Part shown: positions 1-9,215 of the stretch, in pieces | Layout of the letters: each line of letters opens with the position of its first letter | Numbering within the stretch: position 1 is the stretch's first letter | DNA from: Candidatus Wirthbacteria bacterium | GTDB taxonomy: Bacteria > Patescibacteriota > CG2-30-54-11 | NCBI GenBank assembly: GCA_903889905.1 | Contig: CAISZI010000046.1 | Coordinates: 64,853-128,852 of the forward strand | Length of the DNA: 64,000 nucleotides | Direction: 5' to 3' | Notes under the pieces: model-generated | The model's database searches: none | Told to the model about the DNA's origin: nothing | What the model saw: the letters and a program-made list of their open reading frames with translations, nothing else | Position numbers and translations under genes: made by a program

Positions 1-246
1 GTATTTGAAACAGCCATAAACCAGGCGATCAGCGGACAACCCAATCTCCGCTACCATCTCCATGTCGCACAGGAAAACGGATTCCTGACGGCGGCCAAAG
101 TGATGCAGCAGACGGGTCAAGTCGAACGGGACACTTTGGTGATGCTGTGTGGCCCCTTACCCATGATGGAAGCGTTCAAAAAACAATTTATGGCGCTGGG
201 ATGCAAAAGTCGACAAATTATTTATGAAGACTTCAGCCTGCTATGA
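1..246 (+). CDS. C-terminal fragment, cut by the window edge, of a ferric-reductase/NOX-like flavoprotein (NAD-binding part); paralog of the 1360..2634 product
   Basis: Frame-1 translation ...NLRYHLHVAQENGFLTAAK..LCGPLPMMEAFK..IIYEDFSLL* is about 55% identical to the C-terminus of the 1360..2634 protein. The TGA at 244-246 overlaps the ATG of the next gene. Confidence 0.7.
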   Translation, partial: VFETAINQAISGQPNLRYHLHVAQENGFLTAAKVMQQTGQVERDTLVMLCGPLPMMEAFKKQFMALGCKSRQIIYEDFSLL

Positions 247-821
247 AAAAAACTCTCCGCACCATGGTCGCACTCGCAATTTTTTCACTCTTTTTCTGCT
301 TTGCTGCGGTTCAGGCCGGCACACTTTTGCCGGTGAAAAGCAGCAATCCAGCTTCAACGGATGCCACCACCTGGTCCAATCCCACCACTGCCAGCGACCA
401 AGCGGCTTCGCCTCCAGCAACATCCACCCCAGCAGCACCGGTGACACCAACCCCGCCTCCAGCGACAGCCGTTTCCCCACCGCCCGTCACCAAAACCCAA
501 CCGACAAACACCACCAAAACCACGACGACACCCAAACCGGCGACCAAGACGCCCACTCCCACGCCAAAACCCACTCCCACTCCAACACCTGCGCCAACGC
601 CCGCTCCTGCACCAACGCCCACACCGGCACCAGCGCCGACACCACCCCCACCAGTTAGCAATCGCTGCATTGTCACCGTGAATGGTTCGCAATATGATGT
701 AACCAATTTACGCCGAACCCACTCCGGTGGTGATATATTTACGTGTGGAACGGATATGACTTCGACTTTTATGTCCATGCATGGCACCAACTGGGGCCTG
801 ATCGCCCGCTACAAAGTCTAA
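243..821 (+). CDS. Secreted Pro/Thr-rich protein with a C-terminal mini cytochrome b5-like heme-binding domain
   Basis: Signal peptide MKKTLRTMVALAIFSLFFCFAAVQA; a long (TPxP)n/PAPTP linker; C-terminus VNGSQYDVT(5)HSGG..CGTDMTSTF..MHG follows the b5 spacing YDVT-x5-HPGG...GxDxT..F..H. The start overlaps the stop of the upstream reductase fragment (ATGA). Confidence 0.6.
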   Translation: MKKTLRTMVALAIFSLFFCFAAVQAGTLLPVKSSNPASTDATTWSNPTTASDQAASPPATSTPAAPVTPTPPPATAVSPPPVTKTQPTNTTKTTTTPKPATKTPTPTPKPTPTPTPAPTPAPAPTPTPAPAPTPPPPVSNRCIVTVNGSQYDVTNLRRTHSGGDIFTCGTDMTSTFMSMHGTNWGLIARYKV

Positions 822-846
822 TTTACACTACCCTCAGGTCATCAAT

Positions 847-1338
847 ATGCCACCCACTCTCAACCTCAACCTCAACACCAAAGCCAAAACTGGACTGACC
901 GTTTTCATAGTGCTTGCTGTGCTCCTGATCGCCGCGCTGAGTATTTACGTTGACTTGCGGCATCGTGCCCGCAACCGCTCGGCTGCCACAGCCACAGCCA
1001 CAACCTCGACACCCCCCACCAGTAACAAGACATTCAAAGCCATCGACCTGCTTGCCTTTAATGGCACAGACCCGGCCAAACCCATCTACATCGGCTACGA
1101 GGGTAAAGTCTACGACGTGACTGCCGGCAAAGATTTTTATGCGACAGGCGGGGATTATCACTGGCTGGCTGGCAAAGACGCCACCGATGCTTTACACTTG
1201 TTTGGCGGCGACATTATCAAAAATAAATATCCCCCCGTGGGAACAATTATTCCAGACCCGAGCGGCCAGACCAATACAGCGCAGGTTCCGGAGTCGTTGA
1301 CGTTGCTCCTGCAGCAGCAGGGCGCACCCGCCAAATAA
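847..1338 (+). CDS. Membrane-anchored MAPR/PGRMC-like cytochrome b5-family heme-binding protein
   Basis: N-terminal anchor TGLTVFIVLAVLLIAALSIYV after a Lys-rich segment. The domain DPAKPIYIGYEGKVYDVTAGKDFYATGGDYHWLAGKDATDALH closely parallels the MAPR motif [40 protein letters not shown]. Confidence 0.65.
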   Translation: MPPTLNLNLNTKAKTGLTVFIVLAVLLIAALSIYVDLRHRARNRSAATATATTSTPPTSNKTFKAIDLLAFNGTDPAKPIYIGYEGKVYDVTAGKDFYATGGDYHWLAGKDATDALHLFGGDIIKNKYPPVGTIIPDPSGQTNTAQVPESLTLLLQQQGAPAK

Positions 1339-1359
1339 TTTTAATAAGGATAAATCAGG

Positions 1360-2634
1360 ATGGGCAATCTGGTTGTTGTTGGCATGACGGTGATCACCGG
1401 GTTTCTCTGGCTGCTGACCAAGACCGGTTATTTTGCCATTGGAGCCGATCCACTGCGTGCCTTGAGCCAGATTCTGGCGCTCGTCGGGGCCACTCTGCTC
1501 GCCATCAATTTCATCCTTGCGGCTCGACTCAAAGTCGTCGAAGACCTGTTTAAAGGGCTCGATAAAGTTTATCACGCTCATCACTGGACAGGTGCGCTGG
1601 CTACGGTATTCCTGATCAACCACCCGATCTGGCTTGTCATCAATGCCATTCCGCAGTATCAGCTGGCCAAACTTTACCTGCTGCCCAGCGATTCCAAAGC
1701 CTACACCTTGGGCATTCTGGCGCTTTACAGCATGCTGCTTTTAATCCTGATCACCCTCTATGCCAAAATCAAATACGACACCTGGCTCAAAACGCACAAA
1801 CTCATGGGTTTCCCGCTGCTGCTGGCCAGTTTGCACATGCTGCTTATTACCAGCGACATTTCCCGCTCGCCTGCGCTGCGACTCTGGCTGTTTGCCCTCA
1901 CCGGCTGTGCGCTGGCGGCCTATTTTTACAAAGCGTTCCTCTACAAATCCTATGGCCCCCAGGGCCTCTACCGCGTTGCCAATGTCCAAAGCCAGGGTCC
2001 GTATACCTTGCTTAAACTCCGGCCCGTGGGTGAACGAATGAAATTTCGTGCTGGCCAGTTTGCCTTTCTTTCCACCGGCAACCAGACCATAGGCACAGAG
2101 CCGCATCCGTACTCCTTTGCCAGCAACCCCGGCGACAATATTGTGCAGTTTGCGATCAAAAATCTGGGTGACTACACCAAAAACATGCGCAAGTCCCAGG
2201 CCGGCGACGAAATCACACTGCAAGGGCCTTATGGCCGCTTTGGGGATGCTTTTTTAAACAGTGACCGCAATGCCATCTGGATCGGGGGTGGGGTTGGCAT
2301 TACGCCGTTTTTGAGCCTGATGCACAAAATCAAACCCAAACAACAAGTGGAATGGTTCTACAGTGTCAACAAGCCTGAAGAAGCCCTGTTTGAAAAAATC
2401 ATCCAGGAAGCTCTGCAGGACAAGCCCAACCTGCGCTACCGCCTGCATGTGGCCCAGAAAGACGGTTATCTGACGGCACACAAAATCCGGGAAAAACTTG
2501 GCGGGACCATCGATGTCGCTGCTATGATCATGCTGTGCGGGCCGCCTGCCATGATGGCAGCGATGAAGGCACAACTGCTGGAAATCGGCATCGCACCATC
2601 CAATATCATTTATGAGGATTTTAGCCTGAGATGA
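1360..2634 (+). CDS. Ferric reductase/NADPH-oxidase-like transmembrane flavocytochrome (FRE heme domain plus FAD and NAD(P)H domains)
   Basis: Six predicted TM helices with His pairs (HAHHW; HKLMGFPLLLASLH). FAD motif HPYSFAS, NAD(P) motif GGGVGITP, and CGPPAM near the C-terminus. RBS AAGGAT upstream. Confidence 0.8.
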   Translation: MGNLVVVGMTVITGFLWLLTKTGYFAIGADPLRALSQILALVGATLLAINFILAARLKVVEDLFKGLDKVYHAHHWTGALATVFLINHPIWLVINAIPQYQLAKLYLLPSDSKAYTLGILALYSMLLLILITLYAKIKYDTWLKTHKLMGFPLLLASLHMLLITSDISRSPALRLWLFALTGCALAAYFYKAFLYKSYGPQGLYRVANVQSQGPYTLLKLRPVGERMKFRAGQFAFLSTGNQTIGTEPHPYSFASNPGDNIVQFAIKNLGDYTKNMRKSQAGDEITLQGPYGRFGDAFLNSDRNAIWIGGGVGITPFLSLMHKIKPKQQVEWFYSVNKPEEALFEKIIQEALQDKPNLRYRLHVAQKDGYLTAHKIREKLGGTIDVAAMIMLCGPPAMMAAMKAQLLEIGIAPSNIIYEDFSLR

Positions 2635-3011
2635 AAAAAACAACGAAACTCCTGGTTTTTCTGTCCACCTGGGCCCTGGTCATCAGCTTTGTTGTCGTTG
2701 CCATCGGGATCAACTCCAGCAATTCTGCCAATACTCCCACAGCAGTCACGTCAACCAACTCGTCTGCTGCGACGACGACAAATACTCCCAGCGCCAATAC
2801 AAATTCCAGCTCAACCTCCACGACAGCCAACACCACGCAGACCAACAGCAATCGCTGCGTTGTCACCGTCAATGGTTCCCAATACGACGTCACACAACTG
2901 CAGTATACCCACTCCGGCGGCAATGTCTTTAGCTGTGGCACGGATATGACCGCGACCTTTGAATCCATGCATGGTACGCGTTGGAGCAAAATTGCCCGTT
3001 ATAAAATCTAA
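2631..3011 (+). CDS. Secreted Ser/Thr/Asn-rich protein with a C-terminal mini cytochrome b5-like domain (paralog of 243..821)
   Basis: Its ATG overlaps the reductase stop (ATGA). Signal/anchor MKKTTKLLVFLSTWALVISFVVVAIG. C-terminal 50 aa are about 75% identical to the 243..821 C-terminus (VNGSQYDVT..HSGG..CGTDMT..F..MHG). Confidence 0.6.
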   Translation: MKKTTKLLVFLSTWALVISFVVVAIGINSSNSANTPTAVTSTNSSAATTTNTPSANTNSSSTSTTANTTQTNSNRCVVTVNGSQYDVTQLQYTHSGGNVFSCGTDMTATFESMHGTRWSKIARYKI

Positions 3012-3088
3012 CCAGCGAAAACATACAAAGGTGGAAGTTGCTTAGAGGCAGTGGGTGTTAACTTTATCACTTTATCACTAAGTTTCCG

Positions 3089-3763
3089 ATGCGCATTCTG
3101 ATTGTTGAGGACGAAGAACGTATTGCCACGAATCTCCAGAAAATGCTGCAAAAACAAGCGTTTGCCGTTGATCTGGCTGCGACGGTGGCCATTGCCAAGC
3201 AAAAAATCAACACGGATTCTTATGACCTGGCCATTATTGACTGGATGTTACCAGATGGAACCGGAATCGACGTAATTACGGCCATCCGCACACTGGCGAC
3301 ATCAACGCTGATCCTGATGGTCACAGCCCGCAGCCAGGTGGAGGACAAAGTCGAAGGACTGGAAAACGGGGCCGACGATTACCTCACCAAACCATTTGCG
3401 ATGACGGAACTGATTGCCCGGGTCAAAGCACTGCTGCGGCGACTGCCCCATGCTCCGCAAGCACCCATTCTAAAAATCGCTGACCTGGAAATCAATACCA
3501 ACACACATAGCGTCATCCGCGCCGGCAAAACCATTACCCTGTCACCGCGGGAGTACGGTTTGCTGGAATATTTGGCCAAACATGTTGGCGTCGCCCAGGA
3601 ACGCCTTGATCTCCTGACCCATGTCTGGGATGAAAATGCTGACCCCTTTTCCAACACGGTGGATGTTCACATCCGTTATTTGCGCCACAAACTTGACGAT
3701 CCCTTTCGCGTTAAACTGATCAAGACCGTCAAAGGCAAAGGATACATGATATGTCCAGACTAA
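3089..3763 (+). CDS. OmpR-family response regulator (receiver plus winged-helix)
   Basis: MRILIVEDEERIA..DLAIIDWMLPDGTGIDV..VTAR..; C-terminal winged-helix motif. A TTTATCAC x2 direct repeat sits at 3063-3078 upstream. Confidence 0.85.
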   Translation: MRILIVEDEERIATNLQKMLQKQAFAVDLAATVAIAKQKINTDSYDLAIIDWMLPDGTGIDVITAIRTLATSTLILMVTARSQVEDKVEGLENGADDYLTKPFAMTELIARVKALLRRLPHAPQAPILKIADLEINTNTHSVIRAGKTITLSPREYGLLEYLAKHVGVAQERLDLLTHVWDENADPFSNTVDVHIRYLRHKLDDPFRVKLIKTVKGKGYMICPD

Positions 3764-5232
3764 AGGCACGCCACAAACTGACCTTGCAACTGGCTGTCAC
3801 GACTTTTGTGTTGATGGCCGCGATGGGCGCCTTATTCACGCTGGTGGCGTATCTGCATGCCACCCAAGCCTATCGCGATTCACTCAAAACCGAAGCCGAT
3901 GACATTGCTGAAGATTACCTCGGCAGTGACGGCAGCCGCATTATTTATCAGGACAAATCTGGCAACCAGACCACGCTCACCAACCATCTGCGCGAGAGCA
4001 ACAGTTCCGCTCTGGTGTTTAATATTAACCATCAGCTGCTGGGCGCTTTTGGCGCTTTTGAGACGGCTATCGAGAACAACCAGCTACCCATCGAGACGGA
4101 TACCAATGCCGTTTCCCTGACCTCACTCAACACGATTTTGGAGCGGGTCATCGCCACCGGCAAATACGAATTCAACAGCCACCTTTATGCCGGCCTGCAT
4201 GAACTGGTCGTGCTCTCCTATCCCATCCAGGCAAGTGGCAAAACCATTGGTGTGCTGCAACTTGGCAAATCATCAACCTTGCTTTCGCAAACACTGGTCA
4301 CGGAGTTGCTGATTTTGCTCTCAGCCCTGCCCTTGGCGCTTTTGCTGAGTGTGCTGGTGGCAGCCTGGCTGAGCCGTTCTGCCTTTGGTCCAATTCATCA
4401 GATGCGGCAGTCGATCAACCAGATCTCCAGTCTAAAAGTTAACAAACACCTGACCCCAAGTGGGCATGAGGATGACGATCTCACACAACTGGCACTGGCC
4501 TTTAATGCCATGATGGACCGATTAAAGCAAAGCAGTGCCAGACAAAAAGACTTTGTCGGTAATGCTTCACATGAACTCAAAACGCCACTGACCAAAGCCA
4601 TCTCCACGCTTGATTTGGCACTCAGCGAAACGCATCATCCCGAGCTGGAACTCGTCAAATCAGACCTGCTGGACATGAACCACCTGATCGAAGCACTCCT
4701 GTTCCTGGCCCACGCCGACGACCTGTCCCTGCAACAACAAAACGGTCCAACCGACCTCAGCAGTGCAATCGATAAAATTCTCCAACGCCTCGCACCAGAC
4801 ATCGAACCCAAACACCTGCAAATCATCACCACGAACATACCCCAGGTCAACATGGCCATGGGCAAGGTGCATCTTGACCTGCTCCTAAGCAATCTGCTTT
4901 CCAATGCCGTCAAATACAGCCTGGCACAAACCGCCATCACTGTCACGGCGATTGTCTCCGCAAACAAACTGCAACTTTCGGTCCAGGACCACGGCATCGG
5001 CATGGACAAAACCACGCTGGATCATGTTTTTGAGCGTTTTTATCGGGCTCCCAAAGCCAAACAGCAATCGGTAGGAAGTGGCCTGGGACTTTCTATTGTC
5101 CAGGCGATTGCCACCGTTTACGGCCTGACACTTCAGGTCGAGTCCACACTTGATCTTGGCACAACCATTACCGTCATGCATATTCCGCTGGCACCAGTTA
5201 CAGCACCCCAGAAAAGCACCCGTTCCACCTGA
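3751..5232 (+). CDS. Sensor histidine kinase (2 TM, HAMP, HisKA, HATPase_c)
   Basis: H-box ASHELKTPLT; HATPase motifs NAVKYS, DHGIGM, GSGLGLSIV. Overlaps the regulator stop by 13 nt. Confidence 0.85.
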   Translation: MSRLKARHKLTLQLAVTTFVLMAAMGALFTLVAYLHATQAYRDSLKTEADDIAEDYLGSDGSRIIYQDKSGNQTTLTNHLRESNSSALVFNINHQLLGAFGAFETAIENNQLPIETDTNAVSLTSLNTILERVIATGKYEFNSHLYAGLHELVVLSYPIQASGKTIGVLQLGKSSTLLSQTLVTELLILLSALPLALLLSVLVAAWLSRSAFGPIHQMRQSINQISSLKVNKHLTPSGHEDDDLTQLALAFNAMMDRLKQSSARQKDFVGNASHELKTPLTKAISTLDLALSETHHPELELVKSDLLDMNHLIEALLFLAHADDLSLQQQNGPTDLSSAIDKILQRLAPDIEPKHLQIITTNIPQVNMAMGKVHLDLLLSNLLSNAVKYSLAQTAITVTAIVSANKLQLSVQDHGIGMDKTTLDHVFERFYRAPKAKQQSVGSGLGLSIVQAIATVYGLTLQVESTLDLGTTITVMHIPLAPVTAPQKSTRST

Positions 5233-5288
5233 TTGTCGCGCGTCACAAATACCGTTATAGTTGGCAGGATTTACTTATCCAGGAAGCC

Positions 5289-7151
5289 ATGACCAACAGA
5301 ATTCGCCTCATCATCGCCCTGCTTATCGCCGTCATTCTGGCACTGGTGCCGCTCGTGTATTCCTCGAGTGTCTATCTCGTCTTTGATTTGCCCAAGCTGG
5401 TACTCCTGCAGGCCGGGGTAGAAATTGCGCTGGGCTTGTTTGTTTTTGTGCTGCTTGCTGAGTGGCTGCAGAACAAACCCTGGCAAAAGCCATGGCGTGC
5501 GCTTATCCCGCAAAGGATCGATCTGCTGTGGGTGACGCTGGCCTTTTTTGTGCTTTCCAATGTCTTGGCCGCACTGCTCGCTGCATCGCCGCACCAGGCC
5601 TGGTGGGGAACGTATTACCGCCGGCAGGGTTTATTTTTATTGCTCCACGACGTAGCGCTCATGAGCGTGGCACTAAATTTGGCACGCGACAAAAAGTTGC
5701 TCAAAATCATGCTCGGTGGTGTACTCGCGAGCGCCCTGGGTGTGGTTTTTTATGTTATTCTGGAAATCTTGAACATCCCTGATTACAGCCACTGGAAGTC
5801 CGCCGGTGCTTACGCTGGCAGACTGGTGAGCACGTTTGGCCAACCGGATTTCATGGCGGGCTACCTCGGCATGATCGTACCGCTTATGGCCGGCATCATC
5901 TGGAAAGGCAAGAGCTGGATCAACCTGGTGATCCTGCCTGCTTTAATTTTAACGCTGTATTCCATTTTTGGCAGCCAGTCGCGCGGCGCCTGGTTTTCAC
6001 TGCTGGCCGTGATTCTGATTGCCGGCATGGGTATCGCGCTCACCCGTCGCCAACTCTGGCAAAAAACAACGCTGCTGCTGACGATTGTTGTGCTGACGCT
6101 GGGCGGACTGTTGGGTTTTTATGAAATGTCCAAACGCAACGGCACTGCTTTCCGTGTTGAGGAACTGCTCAGCCCGGCGCGCTGGCAGATGATCGAGCGC
6201 TACCAGATCTGGGACCGCGCCATCGCACTCGTTGCCAACCGTCCGTGGTGGGGCTATGGCCAGGATAATTTTGAACTGGTTTTTCCCTCTATTTTGCGAG
6301 CATCGGATCAACATTTACAAACCGTCTACGTCGACCGCGCCCACAATCTGTTGCTGGACATGCTCGTTTCCAGTGGAGCATGGGGTACGCTGGCGTGGCT
6401 GCTGGTGGTGGGCATGGTGATGGCAACAACCATCAAAACCTGGCGCCGCAAACTATTAAGTGACCAAAACAAAATGCTGGTTGTCGCACTCGGTCTTGGC
6501 ATCTTGTTCTATATCTTTCAAGGCATGGTCAACCTCAACGCCATTGGTCTGGATGCGCTGTTCTGGGTGATGCTGGCACTGCTGGTGGGCATTTGCCATG
6601 CACCAGACGCTATGTTTAATACAACACCAATCGTTGCAGCCACGCCGACCAAACACATTGGCAAAAAGTCGTCCAAGCTAGTCAGGCCTCAACCTCAAAA
6701 AACACTGCCTCCCTGGGCGTTCGCCTTGCTTGCTTTGCTGATCGCCGTGCCGGCCGGTGCTGGCCTCATTCTCAACCTGCACCTTTACCAGGCTGACGCA
6801 GCCTACAAGAACGGACTGCGGGATGAACTTTCGGACAAAGCTGCGGCCGTGGCCGATTATCAGCAAGCCATCGCCCTCCATGCAGAGCAGCCGCTTTACC
6901 GCATCAAACTCGTCGACAACGCGCTGCAGCTTGGCTACAACGCAACCACCGCTGCCGACAAACAGCTTTGGTACCAGGCCGCATACCAAAGCCTCCAGGC
7001 AGGACTCGCCGCCGGTACTGCGCAAGCGGATTTTGATTATCGTTTGGGCGAAACTTATCAGTTTGGCCAGACGCTGGTTGCGGCGGACTGGCAAGCCAAA
7101 GCCAACCAATATTTGCAACAGGCGCACCAGGAAGCACCGTTCAAGTACTGA
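5289..7151 (+). CDS. O-antigen ligase/Wzy_C-family polytopic membrane protein with a C-terminal TPR-like region
   Basis: About 12 TM helices; motif WWGYGQDNFELVF...RAHNLLLDML typical of the O-antigen ligase family; A/Q/Y-rich helical repeats at the C-terminus. Confidence 0.6.
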   Translation: MTNRIRLIIALLIAVILALVPLVYSSSVYLVFDLPKLVLLQAGVEIALGLFVFVLLAEWLQNKPWQKPWRALIPQRIDLLWVTLAFFVLSNVLAALLAASPHQAWWGTYYRRQGLFLLLHDVALMSVALNLARDKKLLKIMLGGVLASALGVVFYVILEILNIPDYSHWKSAGAYAGRLVSTFGQPDFMAGYLGMIVPLMAGIIWKGKSWINLVILPALILTLYSIFGSQSRGAWFSLLAVILIAGMGIALTRRQLWQKTTLLLTIVVLTLGGLLGFYEMSKRNGTAFRVEELLSPARWQMIERYQIWDRAIALVANRPWWGYGQDNFELVFPSILRASDQHLQTVYVDRAHNLLLDMLVSSGAWGTLAWLLVVGMVMATTIKTWRRKLLSDQNKMLVVALGLGILFYIFQGMVNLNAIGLDALFWVMLALLVGICHAPDAMFNTTPIVAATPTKHIGKKSSKLVRPQPQKTLPPWAFALLALLIAVPAGAGLILNLHLYQADAAYKNGLRDELSDKAAAVADYQQAIALHAEQPLYRIKLVDNALQLGYNATTAADKQLWYQAAYQSLQAGLAAGTAQADFDYRLGETYQFGQTLVAADWQAKANQYLQQAHQEAPFKY

Positions 7152-7171
7152 AATTGAAGTAAACCACTTGC

Positions 7172-9163
7172 TTACTGTATGTCCTTATCACCAAACAGTA
7201 TTGCCAGCAAAGGACTCGCACGTTGTTCCTTTTGCAAATACATCCGCAAACTGTCCATGTCGTAGCGGCCATAAAAAATCTTTAGATTCTCAACAATGTC
7301 AGAATGCTTCCGGAGATAGTCAAAATCAACCCCAAGACTGCTGGGGGCCCGGGATCGGTACCAATCAGACCCATAATCTCGATCATGGGATGTTGCAACG
7401 AGTGCTTCACAGTACTTCATGATCGGTCCGAGATAATCTTTTTCCGCCGTCGCAGATTTCAGTTTTGGCTTTCCCATAAAATCCCACCAGCTACCTTCTG
7501 CTTCATCCGGTTCATTGCCATGGGCGTATTTACGGGCCAGCTTGGCCATCTCCAATTTCAGTTGTAATTGTTTTTTGACTTCGCCATCCGGAAGTAAATT
7601 GACATAAGGGGCTTCGCATATACTCTCAATATGACCGATTGACATAGATTCGTTATGGATAACCGGGAACCAGGCATTGATATGTTCGACACAAACCTGT
7701 TCCCAGACCTTTTTCCGATCACTGGCTTCGCCTTCAGCCATTCCCATGTAATTTCCAGCCAAATGGGCAAACGCCGTCTGCGCAATTTCCTGGACTTGAA
7801 AAAAATCGATGCGCTGCTGGGCGTGGAACCAGTCGCGCATATCATCCAGCGCCTGTCTGGCCTGGACCAGTTCATCCTGGTTGCGACAGCCCAGTTTCAT
7901 TTTTAGCCATTTATCCTCAGCTTCCTGCAATGTCACCCAGCCATGCTCATCATTGTAATGCGCTTTTCTGACCAGGTCCCCAATCTCGGCATTAATCCGA
8001 GGTAAGGGTTTTTCCTCCTGCCGGGCAGTGCGTGAATCCAGCCACTTGATTGTATTCAACCGATCCAGTTCAACAGCAGCGGCTTTGGTTTTGCGCAGCT
8101 CATGCTTGGCATCCTTGGCAAAATGTTCTGCCATCATTTTTGCAATCTGCCGCTTGCCACTTTCTTCGGACATCTTTCTCAATTCATCACGTTTTTGCAA
8201 AACTTCCCGCATTACTTCCAGCGCAATTTGGTAATTGTAACAAACATCCTCGGCCACCGATTCCGGCCCTACAAATGCAGCGGTCATGCCAAAGGACAAA
8301 TGTGCTTGCATTTCAACAATTCCCGTCCCCAAGCGGAGGTTGTTAAGAGCAGAAACGAGAAAATCATCCAGCTGACCTGGCAGCGGAACATGAAACATCT
8401 GCTTTTCGTGCGTCAGCTCATGCATGAGCACATCAAACCCTGTCTGATCCGTAACCTGACGATCTCCTCCAATTGCGTCAGCTGCAGGAACCTGAAAAGG
8501 TTTTGGGATCTCGGCTGTGAATAATCTTTTCAACCGTTCGGTCAAGTCCGGGAATTCACCTAAAATGCGCTGCTGGTGAGCAATGTTTATTCCAATAGCG
8601 CCTTCTCTGGCGTTCAGGAGAAAATCATAAGCATCATGGATTTCTCCCTGTCGGGTATATTTCACCCCCTTGCCAAGACTTTGTTCTTTGAGATCAGGAT
8701 CCAGCGGATCAAAGCCGAATTCCGTGCGTAACTGATACCAGTCCGGACAGTGTTCGCGCACGCTGGCACGGATTTCTTCCATGACTTTGGCTTCGTCTTT
8801 GACCAGTGGTTTCTCAAAACCGTGTAAAAGACTGTGGTCCGGGACATAGCCTTCGTGATGCACGATACACTGTTTGATGTCGTCCAGCTGGTCGGTAGTA
8901 AAGCGTTTCACCTGCCTGATCACCAGTTCCCGTTCACGCATCTCAAGCACGTCCAGTTTGGCCAGATCCAGCAAGCGCTCAAAAAAAGGATTAACCTGCT
9001 TGGGATCTGGCTGCTCAGATTCGATCTTGGCTTCGGCCTTGGTTTCCGGACCAAGTTCCGGCAGGGGATGTGCATCCATCTCACCAAGCATAGGCTGAAC
9101 GATCGCTTCAACCATCACTTCATCAAGATTTGGCATGAGTTTAAATCCAAATAGATTGGGCAA
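7172..9163 (-). CDS. Hypothetical 663-aa cytoplasmic protein with an HExxH motif (possible zincin-like metallopeptidase fold)
   Basis: Long ORF with coding-like composition; the motif FDVLMHELTHEKQMFH occurs once; no signal peptide or TM helix. No family recognised. Confidence 0.5.
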   Translation of the reverse strand: MPNLFGFKLMPNLDEVMVEAIVQPMLGEMDAHPLPELGPETKAEAKIESEQPDPKQVNPFFERLLDLAKLDVLEMRERELVIRQVKRFTTDQLDDIKQCIVHHEGYVPDHSLLHGFEKPLVKDEAKVMEEIRASVREHCPDWYQLRTEFGFDPLDPDLKEQSLGKGVKYTRQGEIHDAYDFLLNAREGAIGINIAHQQRILGEFPDLTERLKRLFTAEIPKPFQVPAADAIGGDRQVTDQTGFDVLMHELTHEKQMFHVPLPGQLDDFLVSALNNLRLGTGIVEMQAHLSFGMTAAFVGPESVAEDVCYNYQIALEVMREVLQKRDELRKMSEESGKRQIAKMMAEHFAKDAKHELRKTKAAAVELDRLNTIKWLDSRTARQEEKPLPRINAEIGDLVRKAHYNDEHGWVTLQEAEDKWLKMKLGCRNQDELVQARQALDDMRDWFHAQQRIDFFQVQEIAQTAFAHLAGNYMGMAEGEASDRKKVWEQVCVEHINAWFPVIHNESMSIGHIESICEAPYVNLLPDGEVKKQLQLKLEMAKLARKYAHGNEPDEAEGSWWDFMGKPKLKSATAEKDYLGPIMKYCEALVATSHDRDYGSDWYRSRAPSSLGVDFDYLRKHSDIVENLKIFYGRYDMDSLRMYLQKEQRASPLLAILFGDKDIQ

Positions 9164-9215
9164 ATCTATTTATTATACCCTAATTTCCACCAAATCTCAT
9201 GTTTGGTATGCCACG

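Noticed and set aside
311-790. Long antisense ORFs (311..790 and 354..692 on the minus strand) and a shifted sense ORF (224..658) across the Pro/Thr-rich region
   Set aside because: They are products of the GC-rich low-complexity repeat. The b5-protein frame has a signal peptide, a conserved C-terminal domain and translational coupling; the others have none of these.
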